A DNA stretch of 64,000 nt, taken from assembly GCA_976551045.1 (NCBI GenBank), contig CDPCPM010000019.1:1550001-1614000 (forward strand). Reading direction: 5' to 3'. The translations under genes and the position numbers were made by a program. Of this stretch, positions 53,101 to 64,000 are shown piece by piece. How positions within the stretch are numbered: the stretch's first letter is position 1; every line of letters starts with the position of its first letter. This DNA comes from Glaucostegus cemiculus (lineage: Eukaryota). A model generated the notes under the pieces. It saw only the letters and a list, made by a program, of their open reading frames with translations. It made no database searches and was not told the DNA's origin.

Positions 53101-53319
53101 ACAAAATGTTCATTTCTCACTGCTCCAAAGAGAAGGAAACTGTACTGGTAACTGCCCCAATCACATTAAAAACATTTGGTCTACAACTGTATCAATGCTA
53201 ACTACAAGGTATCACTGAATGGATGTACTTACATTTAAAAAATAAGAATTCATTTTAAAAAAATGATACAATTATGTTGGAGAAAACAGCATCCACTGGC
53301 AGCATTATAAACCCTTGGA

Positions 53320-53920
53320 TAGAAATACAAAAATGGCAAATCTGCACAACATAGCAACTACCCAAAAACGAGTCAAAGCAAATGTTTCAAATCAATTACT
53401 TTTCATCAGAAGTGGAAAAAGTTAGGAACATCCTGGCTATAAAATGCTTAGCAGCAAAGGAATCGGGGTTGGCAAAGGCAGAACAAAATACAAGGTTTGT
53501 GATGGGGTGAAAGGCAGGAAGGATTAAAGGATAATAGGAATGAAAATCCAAAATAAACTTTGATGGTAATGGAAAGCAGAGAAACAAAAATGTTGCTCCA
53601 GAATTAACAAACTAAGAGGAGCAGATTTTAATTTCATACTTTGCTGGCAAATAGAACAAAAAAAACTATTTATTTGTGTCAATAAAGAGCAATTCATTCA
53701 AACACAACACATCGTTTTTGCCCGAAAGCTAAACGAAAAAAAAGAAACTGGAAATATGCACTGGGCCACACAACATCTGCAGATAACGTATTAATATTGT
53801 AGGTCAATGACCTTTCAACAGAAATCAGTTCTGATGAAAGATCACTCGTGTACATCATTAATGCTGTTTTCCTTTTTACAATAACTACACAGGAAGTCAA
53901 AAAACATGTTTTGTTTTTAT
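53320..53920. mobile_element. Old Penelope pseudo-LTR remnants: one minus copy plus an inverted pair
   Basis: Minus-strand ctgatgaaaagtaattgatttgaaacatt at about 53380-53410; inverted arms tgacctttcaacagaa (53808-53823) and ttctgatgaaagatca (53829-53844). Confidence 0.55.
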
Positions 53921-56379
53921 TGCAATTTTATTCTATTAATTAGCAGTGGTATTCCAAGTATTGTTTTTTTGAATTCCAGTGAAGTATGGTACCTATCTGA
54001 AATTTTCATTGTTTTCCCAAAGTTTATTTTTTAAAACTACAATGTTCATTTGATTCTTCATTTCAGTCTCAAGTATATACTCTGAATTCCATAACAAAGC
54101 TGTTAGCTGTATATTACAAAATCAGTTTTCCTCCACTACTGTATCATCACCCACATACTAAATGAGCACCAGTCTAGGGAGAGATGGGGGAGGAGGGGAG
54201 GATTACAGGCAGGAAACCACAAGATCAACCTCAGAAGCTTCTCATTGGGCTGATCTCTAATACTCGTTTTCTGCTAATCAACTCCTCTACCTACACCCTG
54301 AAGTTACATCAATCTAGCTGCACACAGTATTGAAAACCCAATCTCAATAAAAATTTGCCACATCAGTAATACAAACCTCCACCACAATTAATTACCATCA
54401 GAGGGGAAAAAAGTAACTAAGGTGGAACAGAAGTATCAGGGTCATGCTGGACAGGACTGATATTAGCAAACACAGAGGAGTGAAAAGATGTCACAGAAAT
54501 AGAAAAGAAGGGCAAAGGGGGAAGAAATAAAAAATAAATCATTAAAATCCATCAGGAGACTGCGAGGGAGGCATGAAGCTCTTGAAAATTAATGGGGAAA
54601 AAAAAACCACCCTGAAGTTTTGAAGAGAGCAGTACAGAGTGGGGACTCTTAACTGCGAGAAGAGGGGAAGGTGTGAGAAGTGGCTCCAAGGATGCAGAGT
54701 TCTAGGAATGAGTTGGGGTGTAGAATGTCATTTGTCGCATTAGACACAAGCTCTTCCAATTTTGTGAAAAAGAATTGGTAATCAAGAATCACTACATTAC
54801 CTGAGTAATAAAGAAAATTAACTTATTTTAGTCCACTGCAGATACAAAATTACAGAATCCAACAGGTTTCTGAGACTGCAGACCTTAACAGACCAGTGGG
54901 CATCTAAGTGAAGACATTTTGTAGTGTACATAATCACAAACCAACAAACCTATCTAGTTCTCATTTAAGGATAGAAGTCATGAAATGAAACAGGCACCTT
55001 TACCAATTGTGGCTTCAGTATTCAACATGTAAAGCAATACATTTGTTTACGAATACTATTTTTTAAAAAACAGTTTTGAGAACCATACTGTGATGATGAA
55101 TTGAGATAAATCTTTGAAAATTCCCAAACCGCATTCTTTAACTTTCCTTTCAAACTCATACCATTCCTTCTGTGCTTGCCACATTAAGGGTTAAATGGGA
55201 AGAAAATCATTTACAAAAGGCATGTATGAAAAACAAATACCATGGCAGACCGTACAAGGCTGCAGATTGGCTTCTGTGATCTGCTGAGCTAAAGTTTATA
55301 TTAATGCCAGAATTGTAGATTCAAACCATATCACTATCAACCACCTGTCACATGCCTTTCAGATTTTTTAAAATATAACAACCAAGTGTTTAACATGGAA
55401 ATTCAGGGATTCCAGCATGAAGATAATTGAAACTTATCTCCCAAATACAATCTGAACAATTCAATATTTTTTCTATTCCTTGTCTAACAGATTACAGCAA
55501 GTATTAGTAAAGATAATTTTTAATACAAACATTTTACTGACTTCCATGCTTCATACTCTTACTTTGAGGGACCAACTAACTGGGTTTCTTTTATTGAGAT
55601 CATTTTTACACTATGAGATCTCCTTTCCTCGATTTGCCATAATTATATTGAACAGCAGAGCAGATTAGAAGGGCGAAATCAACCCACCCTACTCCACATG
55701 TTTGATGTCTGCACTGTCAAGCTTAAAGGCTTATCAATTCAACCCTCGAGTGTTAAACATTAAATATTACAGACTTCAATAAAATGAATTTCAGAGGCAG
55801 AGTACAATGTGCTAATGTTACAAATGATGTGTGCTTTGGTGCTGCCAAGCGAAGATGAATTTCCAGATGAGGCTTCTCTTATATTTGCACATTTATATCA
55901 TAACTCATTACTTTTCCACTTAAGATTCATTTTGGTTTTTAAAATCAAACATAACACAATACAAAACAATGTTGTACTTAAAATTAATTTGCCAGTGCAT
56001 GTGAAGTTTTGCCACAAGTTTTCAATGCTTCAACCTGCTAAATTTGTTCTGTCAGGGATGGCAAATATTCTCATAGCACATTCCAAAAGTATCCATGTTC
56101 AGTTTCTGTGTCATTGTTAGACATTTATTCTCTGTACATCAAGTCAGAGACACAAGTCTAATATATTCTTCCATTTATATCCCATGAAATGTTTCTCCAG
56201 TTATGCAATTCTTTGTACAAAAAAACACTCATGGAAGATTAGCTGAGCAAAGTTGGAAGCTAGGAGTAAAACTCTAGAGAAAAATCAAGTGGAAAAAAGT
56301 TAAAAATTAAAAGAAAGAGACAAGTAATACTGATGCTAAAGATGTTGATGTACAAATAAATCAAAAGTAGCAGAGAAAA

Positions 56380-58190
56380 CATGGAGGAATAAGTCAATCA
56401 ACCCTCTAAGACTGTTCCATCAGTCAACAGCTATTGTCCAAATTCAGGACAATATCTCCCCATATCTCTTGAACTCTTTAACCGTAAGAGTTGTATTTCA
56501 CTCCCCAAATATATTTAACAATTTAGCGTCAACTGCCTTTTGAATTCTACAGGCTTAACCACTCAAGTCACTGAAATTTCTCATTTAGTCCTAAATGACT
56601 TAGTTTGCACCCTAAGACTGTGACCTGTAGTTCTAGACTTCCCCACCATCAGGAACAGTCCTCCTATATCTGGTCTGTTCAGTGCCCTTGGGATTCCATA
56701 GATTACAATGAAAGTTCCTTGTATTCTTTTAACGTCTCGCTAATCTCTCATCATATGCCTGTTCTTCCATCTCAGGAAAGAGTCCAATAAACCACTGCAA
56801 TTCCACCAATGAGAGGATACCCTTCTTCAGATAATTAGACCAAAACTGAATACAATACTCAAGATGTGGTGTCAAAGGCCCTGTATAATTGCAGTAAGAT
56901 ATCCCTGTTCTTGTTCTCAATTTGCACTGGAAGGCCAATACATTTGCCTATTTAACCAGCTGCTGTATCTAATTGGTTACTTTCATTGACATCCAGTTCT
57001 TGCTGCACCTCTCCCTTTCTTAACCTATTGGGATTCAGCTAACAATCTACCTCTCTCTTTTTTGCCACAAAAGGTGATTAACCTCATATTTATCCACATT
57101 ATATTGCATCTGCCATGCATTTGTCCATTCACTCAACTTGTCCAAATCATACTGAAGATTCTTTGCATCCTCCCCACAACTCACCTTCCTACCCAGCTGT
57201 GCATCCTCTGCAAACGTGGTGATATTACATTTACTTCCCTCAATCAATTACTAATACATATTATAGATAGCTTGGGTCCAAGCACTAAACACTTCATTAG
57301 TCACTGTTGTCACTCATTTATTTCTAATTTTTGCTATCCATCTGCCAACCAGTTCTGTCCTCATCAATGCATTACCTCCAATACCACGATCTATAATTCT
57401 GCCCTCTCATCTTTAATGTAGCACTTTGTCAAAAAATGGTACTCCGAATGTTCAAATATACCACAGCTATTGGTTCACACTCATTCAATCCACCAGTTAC
57501 ATCCTCAGAAAAATTCCACTAAATCTTTTAAAAGTCTCCATTCATAAATCCATACCAACTTTCAATCCTGTCACTGTTTTCCAAGTGTTGTAATATTATA
57601 TTTTAATAATACAGTCCAGCATTTTCCCCACCACCATCATCAGGTTAAATCATCTATAATTTTCTGTTTTCCTGTCCATTTGTTTTTTTCAAATAGTGGA
57701 GTTAGTTTGGCTCCCCTCCACAGATAATAATCCAGAATCCAAAGAATGTTGGTAACTTACAAATCAATGCATCCTCTATTTCTCTGGTCACTTCCATAAG
57801 TACTCTGGGATGACATCCATCAGGCCCTGGCAATGCATCATCCTTTAATCCTAACAATTTCCCCAACACCATTTCTCTACAGATACCGACTTCCTTCAGG
57901 TCCTCCCTCAAACTAATCCCAAGGTACCCTAACATTTGAGGGGTTATTTGTGAGGGGATACCCTTGTGACAGCAGATCCAAAGTATTTCTTCAATGAATC
58001 TACAATTTCTCTTCTTTCATATTATAAATCCCCATTTCTATTTGTAAGGAATCTTAATTTTTTTTCTCTTCAGATCTATAGAAGGCTTTAGTCAGTTTTA
58101 ATGTTCCCTGAAAACTTACTCTCAAGCTTCCCCCTCTCAATTAACCTCTATTCATCCTTCGCTGGGTTCTAAACCATTCCCAGTCCTCAG
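56380..58190 (-). mobile_element. Old CR1 ORF2 fragment
   Basis: PGPDGCHPRVL.EV..EI.DAL; FAEDAQLG...WQMQYNVDKYEV; PHLEYCIQFWS. Confidence 0.85.
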
Positions 58191-58199
58191 GTTTGCTGC

Positions 58200-59130
58200 C
58201 ACTTTGTGCACAAGGCTGTGTCCTCAGCCACCAACTCTACTCCCTATACCCTCACGACTGTGTGGCCAGATTCAGCTCTAACTCCATCTACAAGTCTGCA
58301 GATGATACCACTGTAGTGGGTCTAACCTCAAATAACATTGAGGCACAGTACAGGAAAGAGAGAGAGAGTCTAGTGACATGATGTCATGACAACAACCCTT
58401 CTCTCAAAGTCAGCAAAACAAAAGACTTCAAGAAAGGGGGAAGGGGTCTGTGTTGCAGTCAAAAGGGTTGAGAGCTTCAAGTTCCTAGAAGTGAACACCA
58501 CCAATAGCTTGTCCTGGTCCAACTATACAGTTGCCATGGCCAAGAAAGCTGACCAGTGCCCCTACATCCTCAGGGGGATGAAATTTGAGATACCCTGTCA
58601 ACCCTCACCAATTTTTATTGATGTACCATAGAAAGCATCCTATCTGGATGCATCACGGCTTGGTATGGCAACTGCTCTGCCATGACCATAAGCAGCTGCA
58701 GAGTTATGCTGAGTTGTGTCCATATCACAGAAACCAGCCTCCCCTCCATGGTATACTTCTAAACTACTTGCTGCCTCAGTAAAGCAGCCACTATAATCTA
58801 AGACCCCACCCATCCCAGACATTCTCCCTTCTCCCCCCTCCCATCGGGCAGAAGAATCAAAAGTCAGAAAGCACCTCCCACCAGGCTCAAGGACAGCTTC
58901 TATTCCCTAGTATAAGATGGACTTCTGACCACACAATCTACCTCGTTATTACCTTGCACCTTATTGTCTACCTGCACTGCACTTCCTCTATAACTGTAAC
59001 ACTTCATTCTGCATTGTTGTTTTACGTTGTACTACCTCAATGTACTGTTGTCATGAATTGATCTGCACAAATAGTAGGCAAGACAAGTTTTTCACTCTAT
59101 CTTGGTACGTATGACAATAATAAACCAATT
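58200..59130 (+). mobile_element. Rex1/Babar LINE RT-to-3' fragment
   Basis: QGCVLS..LYSLY.HDCVA.FSSNSIYK.ADDTTVVGL; tail gacaataataaaccaat. Confidence 0.9.
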
Positions 59131-59274
59131 TACATTGGAACAAACAAAGCTACGCCAACCAATGGTCTCCCAGGCAAGGAACCTGTCCAAAGACTGAAAA
59201 GAGTGGCTAGAACTATTTAAACCAGACATTAAAACAGACTACGTCCCATAAACCAGAGGACATGAAATTAAAAC

Positions 59275-59965
59275 AGGAACATAACAGCACAGCAACAGGC
59301 CCTTTGGCCCACGATAGTGTTGAACTAATTAAACGCCTCACTAAACTAATCCCTTCTGCCTTCACTATGTTCATATCCCTCCATTTTCTGCATATCCACA
59401 TGCCCATCTAATAGCTTCTTAAATACCTCTATGGTATTTGCCTCCACTAACATCCCTGGCAGTGCATTCCTGTCACTCCGTGTAAAACAAAAGCTTGCCC
59501 TGCGTATCTCCTTTGGACTTGCCTCCTCTCACCTTGTAAATGAATGCTTTCTAGTATTAGACATTTCGACCCTGGGAAAAAGATGGCTGCTGCCTATTCT
59601 GTCTGTGCCTCCCAATAATCTTATAAACTTCTGTCAGTCTCCCCTCAGCCTCCACCTCTCCAGAGAAACCAACCAAAGTTTGTCCAAATTCTTATAGCAG
59701 CTGCCCTCTAATCCAGGCAGCATCCTGGTAAACCTCTTCTGCACCCTCCCCAAAGCCTCCACATCCTTCCTATAATGGGACAAACAATCAGAATTGAATG
59801 CAATACTCCAGATGCAGCCTAACTCCAGTTATATAAAGCTGCAATATAATTTCCTGACTCTTCAACTTATTGCCTCGACTAATTAAAGTAAGCAAGCCAT
59901 AGGCCTTCTTTACCACCCTATCAACTTGTGTAGCTACTTTAAGGGAGCTATGGACGGACCCCAAG
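59275..59965 (-). mobile_element. CR1 3' fragment
   Basis: Same subfamily as 37960-38635 (caacaggccctttggcccacga tail; ccaggcagcatcctggtaaacctc). Confidence 0.85.
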
Positions 59966-60225
59966 ATTTAGCACCAGTGACCCGGGTTCAATTCCAACCA
60001 CTGTCTGCAAGGAGTTTGTACGTTCTCCCCATGTCGGTGCGAGTTTCCTCCAGGTGCTCCGGTTTCCTCCCACATTCCAAAGATGTACAGGTTAGGAAGT
60101 TATGGGCATGCTAATGTTGGCGCTGGAAGCATGGTGACATTTGTGGGCTGCCCCCAGAACATTCTACACAAAGATGCATTTCACCATGTGTTTTGATGCA
60201 CATGTGACTAATAAAGATATCTTAG
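59965..60225 (+). mobile_element. V-SINE with Rex1-like tail
   Basis: B-box gacccgggttcaattcc; V core ggagtttgtacgttctcccc..tttcctccaggtgctccggtttcctcccacattccaaaga; tail catgtgactaataaagatatctt. Confidence 0.9.
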
Positions 60226-60249
60226 TCTACTGCCCCTTTGCATTTCAAG

Positions 60250-62085
60250 GATATTTTAAATCTTTTGTCACAAGGGCAGATAACTGTAGCATTTTGTAAA
60301 GCATTGCAAGCACATTGCAATCAACCTAAAAGTGAAACAATTGACCATTAGGAATAAAGGGCAGATTAAATCCTTTGACTCTTTCTCAATGGAACAAAAT
60401 CATCAGTAGATAATTGCAATTTTACAGCTTTGAATGACTAATCAATCAAAAATTAGATTATTTGTGGAATCCAGGAGTCCAACCAGTGGCAAGGAGCATC
60501 ATGCAAGTTACAATTAAACTTAGGAAAGTGTACACAAGTTTGCAGAACTAGAAAAAAAGTATTTGATGGGCAGCAGAAAGAAGCACATGAAACGTGAAAA
60601 TGCAAAAGAGGAAAAGTATGGCCAAGATTAGTTAAATGCTTCAAGCATTGCAGAAAGCAACACAAGTGCTGAAAATGAATGAAAAGTAACACACACAAAG
60701 CACTGGAGGAACTCAAAAGGCCAGGCAGCATCTATGGAGGGAAATGAACAGGCAACATTTCGGGCCAAGACCCTTCATCAAGATACTGCTGAAAATGAAT
60801 GCTCCCTAAATGGGGAAGCACATCCACAATGGGGATTGGAACATAATTTGTATGAAAAAAAACAGAGAACAATAAATATCCACTGAGTGGACAAGGTGAA
60901 CTACACAGGAGCAGAGGCAGGAGCAGATTCAGATTACCAGATGAAAACACTGCACTTGGTAATAAGCAAGGCCAATTCTGTGGAAGAAATAGCCACTAGA
61001 TGCATCTATACAACATACTGGTGCAAAAGTAACTAATGAAATTCAACCTGACTCCGGTGCATGATGTAAAGTCGTCCCAAAAGAAGCCATCAATTTCAAG
61101 TCAGTGATGCTGATACTACTGATCGTGAGCTGCAGATGCACCAACAGAATATGCTGAAACTTGCTGGAGATGTTCTCTGATAGTGGTGGAAGCAAACATC
61201 AAGGCATGATATGGATATCATCATGGTAAACCAGAAAGATCTCAAACCTGGACTTGGAAGTAGTATAGCACAGTAGGTGGGACAAATAAAAGGTACACTG
61301 CATAAGTATCATAAAGATAACTTCAACACAAGAACTCATTTCAGCTTTGCAATTCTATATGCTGATACCTAGCAGGGACCAGGGTGACTAAAAGTCAAAT
61401 GCTATTTATCCTAGATGAGTGTGGTATTCACCAAGGTGTCATCCAATGGCTCTCAAGCAGGAAGTCAAATCAGAGATCACATTACTATGAGTAGCTTCCA
61501 AACAGAGGCAATTGGTCAATTAATCCCAAGCCATAAAAAGAATCGCAATCACTCCTTGGATCTGGGAATGATTGACTGCCTTCTTAGATCAAGAGAAAGC
61601 ATTTGTTGTATAGGGACAGATGGGGAGATCAGGGACACTGTACAGAAACAAACCCTGCTGATCTCTAGAAATAATCAAAAGAACTCATTTCCATCAGGTT
61701 TCAGGGAGATCTGATCAAAAAGGGGAAAACCAAAAAAAATCATCGATCTGGTAATAATTAATCATATCAAATTTCTGAGAGGTAGACTCCTCAGAAAAAC
61801 AACCTACTCCTTGATGTGAATTTGCAAGCTCAAAGGATAATTTGCCACATATGATATCTCAGATAGATAATAAACCACAGTTCACAACAGACAACTTTAT
61901 GATCACGAGGCAATATCACCTCATTTTTCACAGAGCAACAGAAACACAGAATAAAATAATGGTTGCTAAGCAAATGGTAAAACTACCCAACTTGTCACAC
62001 CCTTTCCTGAGCACCCTACAATTCTGTAACACCCCAAACCAAGGGTTGGAGAATAGCCATGGGCAGAGACATATCAACTTACAAC
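60250..62085 (+). mobile_element. Decayed Ty3/Gypsy internal region (gag, protease, integrase)
   Basis: gag-like ALQAHCNQPKSETI, IICGIQ and LNLGKCTQVCRT; protease QPDSGA*CKVVP (DSG at 61050-61058); integrase DNKPQFT...PFLS.L.F.NTP.QGL..S.GQR. Confidence 0.75.
60682..60786 (-). mobile_element. 105-bp Penelope pseudo-LTR mini-insert with hammerhead motif and 15-bp TSD
   Basis: Flanked by tgctgaaaatgaatg at 60667-60681 and 60787-60801. Minus strand reads gtatct-tgatga-aggg tcttgg ccc-gaaa-tgtt-gcctg. Confidence 0.85.
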
Positions 62086-62164
62086 AAAATGGCAGCTAGA
62101 ACCTGAGGTGGAAATGAAAGTACAGAAAGATAATTGGGAGGGAGCCAAGGCAAGACTACTACTA

Positions 62165-62340
62165 CAACAGCAAAAAACAAACTGTTGGAGGAATAGAGTG
62201 GGTCAGACAGCACCTGTAGAGTGAAATAGACAGTTGACATTTTGGATTGCGACCCTTCACCTGCACTGAAGGAGTAAAGGGGAGACAGCAAGTATAAAGA
62301 GGTGAGGGGAAGAGGTGGAGCAAGAGCTAGCAAGTGGTAG
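62165..62340 (-). mobile_element. Penelope pseudo-LTR fragment with decayed hammerhead
   Basis: cagttgacattttggattgcgacccttcacctgcactga; homologous to about 2550-2690. Confidence 0.7.
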
Positions 62341-64000
62341 AACATAGAACATTACAGGCCCTTCAGCCCACGATGTGCCAACATTTAATCCTGCCTTAAG
62401 ATCTATCTAACCCTTCCCTCCCACATAGCCCTCTATTGTCCTATTGGTCACGTGCTTCGCTAAGAGTCTCTCAATTGTCCCTAATGTGTTTGCCTCCAGC
62501 ACCTCTGCCAGCAGTGAATTCCACACACCACTACCCCATGGGAAAAAACTTAGCCCTGACATCCCCTTTATACCTTCCTCCAATCACCTAAAAATTATAC
62601 CCCCTCATGTTAGCCATTTTCACTCTGGGAAAAAAGTCTGACTGTCCACTTGATCTCTGCCTCTTATCAACGTACACCTCTAACAAGTTACTTCTCATCC
62701 TCTTTCACTCCAAAGAGAAAAAGCCCTAGCATGCTCATCCTATCCTCATAAGACATTCTCTCCAATCCAGGCAGCATCCTGGTAATTCTCCTCTGTACCC
62801 TCTCCAAAGCTTCTACATCCTTCCTATAATGAGTCGACCAGAACGGAACACAATATTCCAAATGTAGTCTAACCAGAGTTTTATAGAGCTGCAACATTAC
62901 CTTGCAACTCTTGAACTCAATGGCCACATCGTAGTTCCATGTAATTACCCATGCCTTAAGGGCATCACCTTTTTTCCCTGATACTTCTCACACTAAAGTA
63001 GACACACTTTAGCCCATCCAACTGACTGTAATTTTGCCCTTTCAACTGCTCATCCTTCCTCGCAGTCTTACTTGGACACAAAATGCACCAACTTCTGACC
63101 TATCACTCTGGTTCCCATTCCTGCCAAACTAGTTTAAACCCTCCCCAACAGCTCTAGCAAACCTGCTCAGAAGAATATTGGTCCCCCTCCAGTTCAGGTG
63201 TAACTTGTCCTTTTTGTACAGGTCGCACCGTCCCCAGAAGACATCCCAATGATCAACAAATCTGAAACCCAGCCCCCTGCACCAATTCCTCAGCCACACA
63301 TTCATCTGCCAAATCATCCTATTCTTACCCTCACTGGTGTGTGGCACAAGCAGCAATCCAGAAATTACTACCCTTTTTCACCTTCCTACCTAGCTCCCTA
63401 TATTCCCTCTTCAGGACCTCATCTCTTTTCCTACACGTCAATAGTACCAATATGTACCATAACTTCTAGCTGTTCACCCTTCACCTTCAGGATGTTGTGG
63501 ACCTATTCTGATACATCCCAGACTTTGGCACTCGGGAGGCAACATACCATCTGGAGTCTCTTTGACATCCACAGAATCTCCTGTGAACGTCAAAGAGGCT
63601 CTCAAACTTCTGTGAAATCTCCTATACTACTGAATCCCTATCACTACCGTTCTCTTCTTCTCCCCCCTTCCTTTCTGCACCACACAACCAGGTTCAGTGC
63701 CAGTGACCCAGTCACTGTGGCTTTCCCCTCCATCGGTCGTTCTCCCATCCCCCCCAAATAGTACCCAAAGCGATATATCTGTTATCCAGGGGAATGGCCA
63801 CTGGTGTATTCTGGACTACCTGCCTACACTTCTTCCTTCTCCTGACAAATCACCCAGCTACCTGCCTCCTGCAGCTTAGGAGTGATTGCCTCTCTGTAGC
63901 GCTCATCTATGAACTCCTCATTCTTCCGTAAGAGCCGAAGGTCATCCAGCTGCAGCTCTAGCTCCCTAACATGGTCTGTAAGGAGCTGCAGCTGATTGCA
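62340..64000 (-). mobile_element. CR1 LINE retaining ORF1 (SGNH esterase domain) and 3' end, with most of ORF2 deleted; runs off the window edge
   Basis: ORF1 NVWLRNWCRGLGFRFVDHWD.FWGR.DLYKKD.LHLN.RG.NIL; the ORF2 start LKCVYF..RSI..AW..TWNYDVAI joins directly to EFKSCKVMLQLYKTLVRLHLEYC at about 62920. Confidence 0.9.

Noticed and set aside
53233-53253. ATG-MNSYFLN followed by gtaagt in phase 0, a possible further first exon
   Set aside because: Very short, AT-rich and without family resemblance; expected by chance.
59975-60000. B-box-like ggttcaattcc suggesting a tRNA gene
   Set aside because: It is the tRNA-derived head of a V-SINE and has no cloverleaf.

Overview
Eukaryotic, repeat-rich, CpG-poor genomic DNA. 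The repeat families (HER1/CR1-type LINEs, V-SINEs, Deu-SINEs, Rex1/Babar, Penelope-like elements) point to a cartilaginous fish, probably a ray or sawfish; this is inference. Only one host gene is visible, on the minus strand, from the ankycorbin/RAI14 family. It shows a clean 131-nt ankyrin-repeat exon (19774-19904) and a probable alternative first coding exon (27962-28000, MKRMFLCSFLSAG) that the ORF track misses. The rest is intronic or upstream DNA packed with mostly decayed retroelements: CR1, Rex1, RTE, Penelope, two Gypsy remnants, a CpG-rich solo-LTR-like element and SINEs, plus a possible ancient hAT fossil. The most notable signal is a set of Penelope pseudo-LTR copies carrying minimal hammerhead ribozyme motifs. 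One has an intact core (27028-27065). One is a 105-bp ribozyme-bearing mini-insert flanked by a perfect 15-bp target-site duplication (60682-60786). Several others sit in inverted pairs. Hammerheads in Penelope elements are already known, so any novelty would lie in the mini-element family. No CRISPR, rRNA or true tRNA genes were seen. Repeat boundaries were read by eye and are approximate (tens of bp); exon, hairpin, TSD and ribozyme coordinates were counted exactly.
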